Assembly: GCA_023259575.1 (NCBI GenBank)
Contig: JALRHN010000003.1
Coordinates: forward strand, 1-33,001
Direction: 5' to 3'
Source of the DNA: Candidatus Kapaibacterium sp.
Lineage (GTDB): Bacteria > Bacteroidota > Ignavibacteria > Kapaibacteriales > UBA961
Length of the DNA stretch: 33,001 nt
Made by a program: the position numbers and the translations under genes. Each line of letters starts with the position of its first letter. The first letter of the stretch is position 1. The notes beneath the pieces were generated by a model. It had not been told where the DNA came from. It was given only the letters and a program-made list of their open reading frames with translations, and ran no database searches. Below are positions 16,399 through 27,500 of this stretch, piece after piece.

Positions 16399-16856
16399 AA
16401 ATCTTCTTCTTCTTTAGTAAAAAATTCAATTATTTGTTCTGGTGTATCTGCTTGTAAAATATTTTCTCTAAAGCTATCACTATTCATTAATCGTGAAATT
16501 CTGCTTAATAATCGTAAATGTGTCCCTACAGTATTTTCCCTACCAATTAACATAAAAACAATCGATACAGGTTCTTGATCTAAAGAGTTGAAATCTATGG
16601 GATGTTTAAGCGTAAGAAAAGCACCAACTGTCTCATTTATATGATTAGTTTTTCCATGAGGAAGAGCAAATCCTTTGCCTATGCCTGTTGACATAATTTT
16701 TTCTCTTTCCATCACAGCTTTACGCGCTTCATCAGGTTTTGCTAATAATCCTGCTTTTTCCAAACAATTAAGCATTGTATCTAGTACTTGCTCTTTGCTT
16801 GTAATTTCTTGTTTTAATAGTATTGCTGATGGTTTAAGAATTTCAGTTATTTTCAT
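16395..16856 (-). CDS. Stand-alone PTS EIIA component (fructose/Ntr, PtsN-like)
   Basis: ERE..MSTGIG.GFALPHG (phospho-His), IDF.SLD.EPV..VF.L, HL.LLSRISRL. Confidence 0.9.
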   Translation of the reverse strand: MKITEILKPSAILLKQEITSKEQVLDTMLNCLEKAGLLAKPDEARKAVMEREKIMSTGIGKGFALPHGKTNHINETVGAFLTLKHPIDFNSLDQEPVSIVFMLIGRENTVGTHLRLLSRISRLMNSDSFRENILQADTPEQIIEFFTKEEEDL

Positions 16857-16973
16857 GGCATTATTGGTATTTAAACGTTCTAACTAGCAACAATATCAAT
16901 TATTTAGCCAACATTATATGGGGATATTTATGAAGGCATATGTGAATTTGAATGAAAATATAGGGAATTGATG

Positions 16974-19256
16974 TTAATGAACTACTTTTAATAGACATGA
17001 AGCCGAAGAAATTGGGTTATGGAATCGTACGATATACATACCATTTTCTAAACATGATATGCTATCATTAACTATTGTCATTTCACCTGAATCTGCAAAT
17101 CCATTATAGATTTCTTTTACAAATGCTCCAGTTATGGAATACAATTCAATGGAAATCTTGCCACTCAATGGATTCTTTATAGAAATATGAACAATGTCTG
17201 AAGCAGGAATTGGCAATATATTGATTGAAGCTTGATCTTTAATTATCGTATGATCTGTATTCATTGTTTGTTCAGGTATCATTTTAAACAAGAATACTCC
17301 ATGATCTGGAACGTGAGCAGAAAATGATCCTGAAAAAGTACCTACATTTTTACCTCGCCATACATCTCTAATGATATATCGTTTATTGGGATCAGAAATA
17401 TGCAATTGCTCCCAATTAATTGTTATCGTTTGATGGATGATATCATCTCTATTGAACATCCCAATTGCCAGGACATTACTATCTAATGTTTTTGCCCATA
17501 CTTCTTGCCAAATATCTTTAAAAACTCTATTTCCTTGTTTTCCTAATTTATCTTGATTTATTGATAAAACTTCTTCGTTTTTTAATAGGTTAAGAGAAAA
17601 TGAATCTAATTCATCTACATAACATGATAAAACTAATGGAGAATTTAATAAAGCCCATAAGGATACATGACTATACTGTTCTTGAGGAGATAATTGAGTG
17701 GGCCTTTTATGAATACCTGGAAGAGAATTACCTATTCTTAAAAAATCCATATCGTTCCATCCATTAAATCCAGAGTAGGCTTCTAATCCATTCTGAGTAA
17801 AACCTATTGTATTTGATACACTCCACCAATTATCTTGAATATCAGTTGTAGTTCTCCATGAATTTCCTCCGGCAGATCTAGCCCATTTCCACACATCATT
17901 ATTACCATATTGACAAATATTAAAAAAAATATCACGTGAAGAACATTGCTGTAAATAGTTTGATAATAGTTCAAATGGTCTTTTTGATTCTTTGATAATT
18001 GATGCATTATTTTGTTTCATCAATGTATCATAGATTTGTTGATAATAGCACCAATCATATTTAACAAGATCTGCACCTACAGTGCAAAAAAGTTCTGCAT
18101 CTTGCATTTCATGTCCATAAGATCCTGGCAATCGAACACACGTTAAAGGCCCAGGAGAAGAATATAATCCATATTTAAATCCTAAATTATGTAGAGAATC
18201 TCCAAGCCCTTTTAGATCGGGGAATGTAGGTGATGCTTTAAGACCAGATTTACTCTCTTGAATACTTGTATCTTGCCATCCATCGTCTACCATTATATAA
18301 TTGAATCCATAATCGGCTAAACCAGTGTTTTTAAGAGCTAAAGCTTGACTTAGTATATCTTTTTGATTGAGATATTCCCAATATGTATACCAACTAGACC
18401 AACCTAAAATTGGTGTATAACTAATGATGTCTCCAATAATTATATCAAGTTTCTTTGTTTGCGTTCCATATTGATTTGTTGCTGTAATGAGCAAAGGATA
18501 TATACCAGGTATGGATAATTGACCTGATATTATATTTGATATTGGATCATAAGTAAGCCCTTTAGGTATTGAACTTACACGTATATCAATAGGCTTTACT
18601 CCACTAACAGGAATATAATATAGGATCTGTTTTTGAGGTTTTGCACCATAACTATGAACGCTGTGAATCCTTGGGGAAAGAGGTTCAGGAGGAGTGAGAA
18701 TAATCGCCGAGTCAATGGTCCTTTTATATGGTTTTGGTATTGTGTTTTTATTCATGACAAAATAGGCATCTGCCCAATTTGCATGGTCAGAATAAATATT
18801 ATCATCTCCATTAAACACTAATAGTTCACAGAATTGCATTGAATCTAATAAGATATTGCATTCTTTTGCAGGCATACCTCTTTTCATGATGCCAGAACGC
18901 CACAATACTTTCCCATTTCCTAAAACAATAAATTCTACTGATCCTAAATCAGGAAAAATATAATCATCAATTCCTACATATGCATGAAATCTATGTGCAT
19001 TGTTGTCAATTTGTAATGTGAGTTTACTTCCAGAATGAGTTCCTAATCCTTTGCTATATGTTTTACCTGCAATGCTGATTGTATTTCCGGTTACAGAACA
19101 ATTTTTACATGGAATGCCAAAATCTTGCTTCATATCAGAGATATCAATACGAGTAATGTCTACTGTATCAAATTCTTGTGAACATAGGGAGGTATGAAGA
19201 TATAGTATAGAGAATATGATTGATAAAAATGATTTGATTAATCTTTTGATTCCCAT
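16974..19256 (-). CDS. Secreted GH27 alpha-galactosidase-like protein: NPCBM/NEW2 + Ig-like + GH27 + T9SS C-terminal domain
   Basis: Signal peptide. NPCBM (G..Y.KGLGTHS, F.AYVGIDD, DHANWADA). GH27 motifs P.LGWSSW, VDDGW, LVKYDWC, SWRTT.DI, WND.D.L. CTD (ILPIPA...IELYSITG..V...GMYIV...K). Confidence 0.88.
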   Translation of the reverse strand: MGIKRLIKSFLSIIFSILYLHTSLCSQEFDTVDITRIDISDMKQDFGIPCKNCSVTGNTISIAGKTYSKGLGTHSGSKLTLQIDNNAHRFHAYVGIDDYIFPDLGSVEFIVLGNGKVLWRSGIMKRGMPAKECNILLDSMQFCELLVFNGDDNIYSDHANWADAYFVMNKNTIPKPYKRTIDSAIILTPPEPLSPRIHSVHSYGAKPQKQILYYIPVSGVKPIDIRVSSIPKGLTYDPISNIISGQLSIPGIYPLLITATNQYGTQTKKLDIIIGDIISYTPILGWSSWYTYWEYLNQKDILSQALALKNTGLADYGFNYIMVDDGWQDTSIQESKSGLKASPTFPDLKGLGDSLHNLGFKYGLYSSPGPLTCVRLPGSYGHEMQDAELFCTVGADLVKYDWCYYQQIYDTLMKQNNASIIKESKRPFELLSNYLQQCSSRDIFFNICQYGNNDVWKWARSAGGNSWRTTTDIQDNWWSVSNTIGFTQNGLEAYSGFNGWNDMDFLRIGNSLPGIHKRPTQLSPQEQYSHVSLWALLNSPLVLSCYVDELDSFSLNLLKNEEVLSINQDKLGKQGNRVFKDIWQEVWAKTLDSNVLAIGMFNRDDIIHQTITINWEQLHISDPNKRYIIRDVWRGKNVGTFSGSFSAHVPDHGVFLFKMIPEQTMNTDHTIIKDQASINILPIPASDIVHISIKNPLSGKISIELYSITGAFVKEIYNGFADSGEMTIVNDSISCLENGMYIVRFHNPISSASCLLKVVH

Positions 19257-21748
19257 TCACTCCATTCCTTGACATAATTGGAAAATTCTTCAGCTTTGCT
19301 ATTGGTAACATTTTCATCCATAGACTCCACATAAATCATAAATGCTGGTCTTTCTCTATCAGGCAATAACACAATCGTGCAATCTTTTTCTAATATCTTT
19401 ACTCCATCTATCAATGTTCTTTGAAGTCCTTCGCTAAATTCCATAGCTTTTCGCATAACAGTGCCTTTCATATCCCATTTGCAAGGAATTGAAATCTGTT
19501 TTTGTGCATATTTGGGTAATTCTTCATGAAGGGCAGAAAATGTATAACCTGTTAAAGCAAGCATTTCAAGTACTTTGGCCAGACTAAACATTCCGTCTGA
19601 TGCAAATAAATATTCAGGAAAAATAAATCTTCCTCTTGTATCGCCTACAAATAATACATCTTTTTGCAGGGTTGCATCCATCATTGCAGAGTGATTATTT
19701 TTAATTCTTATTACGTGAACATTATATTCTTTTGCAATAGACTCTATTTCAGAGCTTGCCAAAACAGGTACGGCAATTGAATATGGTTCATGATTTTTAT
19801 TCGACTCTAATACTAATTTAGTTACTAATGTTAATAATCGATTAGGCGGATACCAATGTCCATGAGCATCTACAACAGCAATTTTTTCTGCAGAAGCATC
19901 TATTTTTAATCCGAATTCATAATTCAATGCTTTTACTATATCACCAGTTTCTGCAGCTTCTAAATCTGTTCTTATATCAGAAAATCCCTTGATTGTATCC
20001 ATATAGCTATTAAGCGCAACTACATTTGCAGCTAATTTGCCAAGAAGGGTAGGGAATGTTACTGATGCTAAACCATTAGAATAATCCACTAATAATTTAA
20101 AATGATGTTCTTTTATTGCATCTACATTCAAAGCATCAGTAAATCTAGCTGCATAAGCCTCAGAACTTCTTTCAGGAAAAATTATGCTACCAACTTTATC
20201 ATAAGAAACTCTTTTTATATCTTCTCCAAAAAAGAAACGCTCTATTGATTTGGCCTTAGATACAGGCAAATCCCTGCCATCTCCATTAAAAAGAATTATA
20301 TCTGTTGTTTCTGGGTGACGGATAGATCTTCTGACATGGAATCCAGCAACTGCTTTACCATTTCTTAATTCTTGTCTAGCCAATGGAATTGGAGTGATTT
20401 GTAAATCATTTACTGTTATTCCAGTGCTCATTAAGCCTGCTAATAATGCTCTTTGTGTCATTCTTGATACTGCATCTGCATCTCTACTAGCAACTACAGT
20501 AACACCAGCACCTAAAGCATTGCCTATAGATGCTCCTAATTTGGCTGCAAATTCTGGATTGATTTCAAGATTAGATAATCCTGTTATTCGAGAACCTGTA
20601 AATAGTTCTCTTAACCATTTTTCTTCCTGTACAAGAGACCGTGACAATATAGCGCCTTTTTCTACATGCTTTCTTGGCCATAATTTGATATTTGGTAATA
20701 AATTGGCATCATCTCCAATTGAGCAATCTTCTGCAATAAATACATTTTCGCTTATTGTAGCATTGTTACCAATAGTAGTGCCATCACAAATAACAGCATC
20801 AGTTAATGAAGCTCCGTCTCCGATTCTTATATTATTCCATAATACACAGCCAGACATCTCTACATTATTTCCAATTTTTACATTATCTCCGATAGAGCAA
20901 TATTGTATTTTTGAGTAAGCGCCAATGCTAGTATGCTCTCCAATTACAACACTACCTTGAAGTGAAGATGTCGAATCAATATGTGAACCTTGTCCTGTAT
21001 AGGTATTCTGATTAATTGTCCCCTTAATACTTACTTTTGCTTTTCCATGCAAAATATCTTCACATGCAATTTGATATTCATTTAAATTTCCAATATCTCT
21101 CCAATATCCATTAGCAATATAGCCATATAATGGTAGGCCAAGCTTGAGCATCAAAGGGAATAAATCTTTACTAAAATCGAATTCTCTTTGAAACGGAATG
21201 AGATCTACTACATCGGGTTCTAGAATATAAATACCAGTATTTATAGTATCTGAAAATACTTCTCCCCAAGAAGGTTTTTCTAAGAATCGTGTTATTCGAG
21301 ACGATTCATCTGTCATTACAATACCATATTGCAAAGGATTTGCAACGCGAGTAAGTAATATTGTTGCTTTGGCATTCTGTTTTTTATGAAATGCTATTGC
21401 AGCTGTTAAATCAAAATCCGTTAAAACATCACCGCTTATAATAATAAAGGGTTCTTTTAACATCTCCGAAGCATTTCTTACACTGCCTGCAGTTCCATAA
21501 TCAGCGGCAGCTTGTACATAATTCATTGATATGCCAAATTCGCTGCCATCACCAAAATGAGATATAATATATTCCGGATGATAATAGAGTAAGGAAACAA
21601 TATCTGTAATAAGATGATTCTTTAATAAGTGAACTATATGTTCCATCATTGGTACATTCATTAACGGTACCATAGGTTTTGGAATGCTCATAGTTAGTGG
21701 ACGCAACCTTGTTCCAAATCCACCAGCCATTATTACTGCTTTTTTCAT
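19238..21748 (-). CDS. Sugar-1-phosphate nucleotidyltransferase (mannose-1-P guanylyltransferase-like) with LbH repeats, fused to a phosphohexomutase-like region
   Basis: KAVIMAGG.GTRLRPLT...PKPM, GTAG, SGD, F.EKP, NTGIY, GYW.DIG. Hexapeptide repeats follow, then a C-terminal PGM/PMM fold (ITG..N.EI.PEFA.KLG, V.SRD, DGVK). Confidence 0.88.
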   Translation of the reverse strand: MKKAVIMAGGFGTRLRPLTMSIPKPMVPLMNVPMMEHIVHLLKNHLITDIVSLLYYHPEYIISHFGDGSEFGISMNYVQAAADYGTAGSVRNASEMLKEPFIIISGDVLTDFDLTAAIAFHKKQNAKATILLTRVANPLQYGIVMTDESSRITRFLEKPSWGEVFSDTINTGIYILEPDVVDLIPFQREFDFSKDLFPLMLKLGLPLYGYIANGYWRDIGNLNEYQIACEDILHGKAKVSIKGTINQNTYTGQGSHIDSTSSLQGSVVIGEHTSIGAYSKIQYCSIGDNVKIGNNVEMSGCVLWNNIRIGDGASLTDAVICDGTTIGNNATISENVFIAEDCSIGDDANLLPNIKLWPRKHVEKGAILSRSLVQEEKWLRELFTGSRITGLSNLEINPEFAAKLGASIGNALGAGVTVVASRDADAVSRMTQRALLAGLMSTGITVNDLQITPIPLARQELRNGKAVAGFHVRRSIRHPETTDIILFNGDGRDLPVSKAKSIERFFFGEDIKRVSYDKVGSIIFPERSSEAYAARFTDALNVDAIKEHHFKLLVDYSNGLASVTFPTLLGKLAANVVALNSYMDTIKGFSDIRTDLEAAETGDIVKALNYEFGLKIDASAEKIAVVDAHGHWYPPNRLLTLVTKLVLESNKNHEPYSIAVPVLASSEIESIAKEYNVHVIRIKNNHSAMMDATLQKDVLFVGDTRGRFIFPEYLFASDGMFSLAKVLEMLALTGYTFSALHEELPKYAQKQISIPCKWDMKGTVMRKAMEFSEGLQRTLIDGVKILEKDCTIVLLPDRERPAFMIYVESMDENVTNSKAEEFSNYVKEWSEWESKD

Positions 21749-21894
21749 ACCCTTTTTTCTCCAAACACTTCAATCAATTGGTTTGTCTTGTTTAATTCTT
21801 TTAGTAAAATATAGATTATTTCTTGTTCTTTCAAGGAAGTAGACATGTATATAAATAATTTCACATTGATAATAAGCAACAGGCCTTACTTTCT

Positions 21895-21902
21895 TATTTT
21901 TG
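21895..21902 (+). promoter_or_regulatory. Putative TAnnTTTG -7 element for the biotin carboxylase gene
   Basis: TATTTTTG on the plus strand, 51 nt before ATG 21954, in the divergent intergenic region. Confidence 0.4.
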
Positions 21903-21953
21903 TGAGATAAAACCGAGATATAAAAATTGATACCAAGCAAGGAATTGAATACG

Positions 21954-23393
21954 ATGTTTTCTAAGATATTAATAGCTAATCGTGGTGAAATTGCTTTAAG
22001 AATTATTGCAACATGTAAAAAGATGAATATTGCAACTGTTGCGGTGTATTCTGTTCCAGATGCCAATGCTTTGCATGTTAAACAAGCCGATGAAGCCATT
22101 GCTATCGGGGGTTTTACTCCTAGAGAAAGTTATTTAGTTATAGATAAAATTATTCAGGCAGCACTTGATACTGGTGCAGATGCTATTCATCCCGGCTATG
22201 GTTTTTTATCTGAAAATGCTGTTTTTGCTCAAGCTGTTGCAGATGCTGGTATCGTTTTTATTGGCCCTTCTCCTAAAGCTATCCATGCCTTAGGAGATAA
22301 AACAGCAGCAAGGGCATTGGCAATTCAATCCAATGTACCGATATCTCCTGGCTCTGATGGCGCTATATCAAATCCAGATGAAGTGATTTCTATTGCCTCA
22401 TCCATTGGATATCCGGTTATTTTGAAATCTGCTGCAGGTGGTGGTGGTAAAGGTATGAGAATGGTAGAAAAAGAGGAAGACTTATTGTCTGCTTTGCATG
22501 GAGCTCAAAGTGAAGCTTTACATTCATTTGGAGATGATAGGGTATTCATAGAAAAATTTATTGTTTCACCTAGGCATATAGAAATTCAAATCTTAGCAGA
22601 TAATCATGGTAAGATTTTATATTTTCCAGAGAGGGAATGTTCTATTCAAAGAAGACATCAAAAAGTTATTGAAGAATCTCCATCTACTGCAATTACTCCT
22701 GAAATTAGGTCAAAAATGGGAGAAGCTGCCGCACGATTAGTAGCTGAATCTGGTTATACTAATGCTGGAACATTAGAATTCTTATTAGATGCTGATGGTA
22801 ATTTCTATTTTATGGAAGTTAATACCCGTTTGCAAGTAGAACATCCTATTACAGAAATGGTTACTCATACAGATTTAGTAGAACATCAAATTAAAATTGC
22901 TGCAGGACTTCCATTAACTTTAGCTCAAGAGGATATTAATCCTATTGGGCATGCCATAGAATGCAGAATTTGTGCTGAGGATGTGTATAATGATTTTTTA
23001 CCAGAAACAGGCATAGCAGATGCCATTATTTTGCCAGAAGGGGAAGGTATTAGGAATGATACTGCTTTATTTGAGGGATTTGAGGTTTCAGTAAATTATG
23101 ATTCTATGATTGCAAAATTAATTTGTTATGGTTCAACCAGAGAAGAAGCAATTGAGAAATCATTGAAAGCACTTGATATATATCAAGTAGCTGGATTAAA
23201 AACCACAATACCTTTCTGTAGATTTACGATAGATAGTGAAGCTTTTAGGACGGGTAAATATTCTACAAAATTTGTGGAATTATTTTGGACTGGAGATATT
23301 CCTCAAGCAATTCATCCTATTTTATTTGCTGCTGCTGCTTTTGCTAAACATCATCATGACAAAAGAAGAACACCCGTTTTTAAGAATGATTAA
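21954..23393 (+). CDS. accC: Biotin carboxylase subunit of acetyl/propionyl-CoA carboxylase. Start revised to ATG 21954.
   Basis: MFSKILIANRGEIA, IHPGYGFLSENA, GGGGKGMR, RECSIQRRHQK, FMEVNTRLQVEHP, YDSMIAKLI. AAGGA upstream of the ATG. Confidence 0.9.
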   Translation: MFSKILIANRGEIALRIIATCKKMNIATVAVYSVPDANALHVKQADEAIAIGGFTPRESYLVIDKIIQAALDTGADAIHPGYGFLSENAVFAQAVADAGIVFIGPSPKAIHALGDKTAARALAIQSNVPISPGSDGAISNPDEVISIASSIGYPVILKSAAGGGGKGMRMVEKEEDLLSALHGAQSEALHSFGDDRVFIEKFIVSPRHIEIQILADNHGKILYFPERECSIQRRHQKVIEESPSTAITPEIRSKMGEAAARLVAESGYTNAGTLEFLLDADGNFYFMEVNTRLQVEHPITEMVTHTDLVEHQIKIAAGLPLTLAQEDINPIGHAIECRICAEDVYNDFLPETGIADAIILPEGEGIRNDTALFEGFEVSVNYDSMIAKLICYGSTREEAIEKSLKALDIYQVAGLKTTIPFCRFTIDSEAFRTGKYSTKFVELFWTGDIPQAIHPILFAAAAFAKHHHDKRRTPVFKND

Positions 23394-24514
23394 ACGTAAT
23401 TATCTGATGTTTGCCATTCAACTTTAGGATATATATTACAAAAAGCAGTAAAGATTTGATCTGCTGTTAATGAATTAACAGAATTATCTTCAGTATATGC
23501 TATTTCATGGAGGGTTTTATAAGGCGTCCAAAGGGCAGTATGCGAATTATCATTTAAAAATAAGCCTAAGGTAGGGGTTTTCCATGCAGCAGCAAGATGA
23601 ATAGCTGATGTATCAGGAGAAATAATCATCGAAGCGGATTTTAATCTTGCTGCATATTGATGAAAAGATTGACTAAATGGGGCGATTATAATAGTACAAG
23701 CTTGCTTGATTTCTTGCAAGATTGTAGCATGTTTTTGCTCTCCAAAAACAATAATTTTTATATTCTTATCTTTGATATGATCTTGTATTTTTTTTATCAT
23801 GGGAATAGCTAATTCAGGCATAATTGTTCTTGCTTGAACACTTCCAGCTATGTTTATTGCTATGATTGATGCACCATCAGTTAATGAATACATCTCTATT
23901 TTTGCTTCTATAATGTCTTTATCACTATGAGTATATTCTAAGTCCAGATTACATGTGCTTGGATTAATCTTTAAGGAAAGAAGAATTTGTGCGGTTCTTT
24001 CTACGATATGAACAGTATTTCTATCTTTAGCAATTACGCAATGAGAATATATATGAGCATTTTGCTTATAAATACCAATTGAATGCTTTGCCTTTGCCAG
24101 CTTAACTAAATATCCAGAGGTTGTACTAGGATTATCCAAAGGATCTATAACAAGATCATAGGATTGTTTGGGGAGTTCAATAAGTAGAGAAAGTATAGAC
24201 TTTAATGATTTGTCATAAACATAAACAGAATTTACATATCGTTGAAATTGAGTCAAGATAGAAAGATTTGCTTTTCCAACAACAATATCTATGATTGCAT
24301 TAGGGTAAGTATTTCTAATAACTCTTAAACTTGGAAGAGTTATAAGCATATCACCAATTCGATCTGGCCTAATGATAAGGATGCGAGGGTTTAGAGGTAA
24401 AATAGGTGCATCAATAATATCATTAATCATTATGCCAGAAAAATGTTCTTTTGGCTTAATAAGTAGTTTGCGAATATATAATTCTACTGATTTCAAAGCA
24501 CCTGAACTTGCCAT
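23390..24514 (-). CDS. Glycosyltransferase family 9 (LPS heptosyltransferase, WaaC/F/Q-like)
   Basis: RILIIR.DRIGDM....P....R..YPNA.I, YDLVID, ISPDTSAIHLAAA..TPT..LF. Confidence 0.9.
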   Translation of the reverse strand: MASSGALKSVELYIRKLLIKPKEHFSGIMINDIIDAPILPLNPRILIIRPDRIGDMLITLPSLRVIRNTYPNAIIDIVVGKANLSILTQFQRYVNSVYVYDKSLKSILSLLIELPKQSYDLVIDPLDNPSTTSGYLVKLAKAKHSIGIYKQNAHIYSHCVIAKDRNTVHIVERTAQILLSLKINPSTCNLDLEYTHSDKDIIEAKIEMYSLTDGASIIAINIAGSVQARTIMPELAIPMIKKIQDHIKDKNIKIIVFGEQKHATILQEIKQACTIIIAPFSQSFHQYAARLKSASMIISPDTSAIHLAAAWKTPTLGLFLNDNSHTALWTPYKTLHEIAYTEDNSVNSLTADQIFTAFCNIYPKVEWQTSDNYV

Positions 24515-24537
24515 TTTCAGAATTCCAGAATAAACAA

Positions 24538-27500
24538 TTATCTACCGCCTGATACAGATACTTTGATATCCATACCAACCTGATATTTACTAAATCCAGG
24601 GGAAGCTGCACCCTGATTTATTGTTGTTTCATATCTCATAAAAAAGCGAGCAGTAACCCTATTACTGATGCCATATCGTGCAGAAGGTTCAATAATAATT
24701 TGAGTATTTCCATCTAATTTTTGGCCATCAGCAGATGTTAAATTTAATACATCATAAGTAGAACGTAATGTTCTTTTATATGAAGCATTTAAGGCAAATT
24801 CCATATCATTTTGCAAATCCAGACCCAATAACTTAAACTTAAATCCACGTCTATTATAATTAGCTTGAATAGTAGCATCAGTTACAGATTCACCTTGAAT
24901 TACGGATGATGTAGGTTGTAAGGTATAGTTTTGTTTGGTTGTAAATCTAAAAGATCCAGTTAATAAACCATTTAATTTAGATTCATCAAAAGTCATTTGA
25001 ATACCAAATAATGGTTCAAATCCCGATTGTATTTGCTGAGATCCAGGAATAGTACCATTATCTGTTCTAGTAGAACTTTCTTGATATGTAGATTTATAAG
25101 CATGTTCAAAAGTAACTCGTTTTGCTAATCCAGAGAATAAAGGCAGCTTTTCAACACCATCCCATCGTAAAGTCCAATTCATAGAAGGTAATACTCTTAA
25201 TATCTCTCTTGGTAAAAAACCCATAAAGTTAGTTCCAAGGCCATCTTCAAAAGAATTAGAAAGTGCGTCTCTTAAAGCTTGGTTTTGTCTTAATGTGTCA
25301 GTAGGATATAAAGCAGAAATAATTGGCTTTTGATTATTATATAATTCAATAACATGTTCTATGGAATTATTAAGTGGAGCAAAGATTAAAAATTTAGGTA
25401 AAGATAAATATGTGCGATTATAGGTTGTGCTCATTACGATATTTGTAAAACGAGAATTTCCCTCAGAATCTGTACTGTCTAACTGATTACGATTAAAACC
25501 AAATGATGATTTCCAGTTAATATCTATGGTGGCACCTGTCCACAAAGGACGATTTGTGCGGAATTCTAATTCAGATTTTTGAAAGAAATTATCTGGTAAT
25601 ATTGAGTTCTTAGGTCTGTTTCCATCATATGTTGTAAACCGTATAAAAGGAAAGCTAGAGGACGGCAATACAGAAAAACCACCATGAGGTTGTGATACCA
25701 ATCCTAATTGATATGCTGCACTTGGCCCCATAGAATTATCTTCATTCATTCCTATGATTGGACGCCAAAAATTGGTCATTCCAGTTTCGCCTAAAACTCC
25801 TTGATTGATCGAAGAATTTTCTTGTTTAAAATTCAAAGTAATTGTTTCATAATCAAAGAATATTGTCTTGAAAACTCTTCCAATAGATTGTAATAAAGTA
25901 CGATTGGAATCAATTGTTTTTGACCCAGCAGAAATACCCCACCATTTATCGGTTAATCCTTTTAGTCGGATATTACTTGTAAGCCGTATTGTATTTTGAA
26001 AAGAGGATTGTTTTACAGCATCAGATACTAAAGTGTCTCTTTGTAAAGGATTTCTCCATGTATACGTAGTAGAGAATGTACCAGTATTATCCATATAATT
26101 ATTAAGTCCGCCGATATCAGGTAATTTAGGCTTAATATTTAATGTAACTGTCTGAGAATGATTTGTGTTCTGTCCAAAATCAATTATCCTATCACCATTC
26201 ATTATAACTCTTCTTACTAAATCACTACCTTCTCTTTGTCTACCTGCATCATCTAACTCTAAAGGAACAAGAGTTCCACCTGTTGTGAATGAATAATCTA
26301 TTACAGGATTTAACAGTCCGTTTTCAGACATTCTCCATGTAAACTGAGCTTGCCTAATTGCTGCAAAATCTCTGATTACAGGGCTTGGGAAACTTAGATA
26401 TCTGCTTTTTTCTGTTACTCTAGATCTATTAAACTGAACTGATGTAGAAAAAGTAGTTGGTAAAAAGAAGATTTTCCAATCTTTATAAATACCTAAGATT
26501 GGTATATCACCAATCCATGTTAATGGCTTTACAGAAACTGAATTTGGTAATTGAACGCTATAATCAGCTTTCATTCGCCAATTCCATTTAAAGCGCTCCT
26601 CTACAACAGGAGATCGTTCATAGGTTTGCGAATAATCATAGCTAAGATTTATTTTATTGATTGTTTCTTTGATCAACCAATGATTCACCGGTATTCCAAA
26701 TTTAAAGCCGGATAATGCCCAACTATCTTGTACTCTAATAGTTTGAGATCTTCTTCTTACAGAATCGGCAACCCTTGCAGATTCAATTTCATCTCCATTG
26801 GTTCTTACTAATTCACTTTCATAAGCAGCTTTTGTAGCTGCATCAATTTTAACATCACTTTGTGCTGCAAATTGAGGATTTTCAACTAGTTCGCCATGAG
26901 TATAGGAAATTGGTATTTTCATTTCTTTTAGTTCTTTTGGTAATAATTTATCCAAAGAACCTTGCATTTGAACATTCCAATTTAATGTCTGATTTCTATT
27001 TCCAAAGCGTTCTTCTAATCTATGAAAATTAGGATTTGATTGATTATACGTGGCATTTACAGTACCTAAATCTGCTAATTTTAATTCTGCGGATCCAATT
27101 CCTGCCCAATCTGTTGAACTTTCTGGTTCAATAAGTCTTAATTCATCTACCCACATATTTGTAGAAAGATCTTCGGGGAAGCTTCCTGTTGTTGGATTTG
27201 CTATACCATATCCAACAAACTGTATTCTTGTTAAAATCGGATTCCCTTTAATGATATACTGAGTTTCTACAGGGATAGCAAATCCAGGATCAAAAACTGA
27301 TGATGTATCAATAAAGCGTTCGGATGGATCTACAGGAACTTTATTTTGGGCCGCAACTTGCGATCTTTTTTCTTTTACAGATGTTAATGTTGGTAAGTCA
27401 ATTTCTATGTCACGCCATCCTTCTAATAGGGGACGTCTTATTTCATAATAATTAGCAGAATCTAAACCAAAGCGCACAAATGCCTGTGCTTTTGGGCTTG

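Noticed and set aside
20394-20918. 174-aa plus-strand ORF inside the NTP-transferase gene
   Set aside because: Fully antisense to a well-supported gene, non-ATG start, no motif.
21549-22099. Minus-strand ORFs 21549-21773 and 21770-22099
   Set aside because: They overlap the NTP-transferase out of frame or accC in antisense, and the composition is not protein-like.
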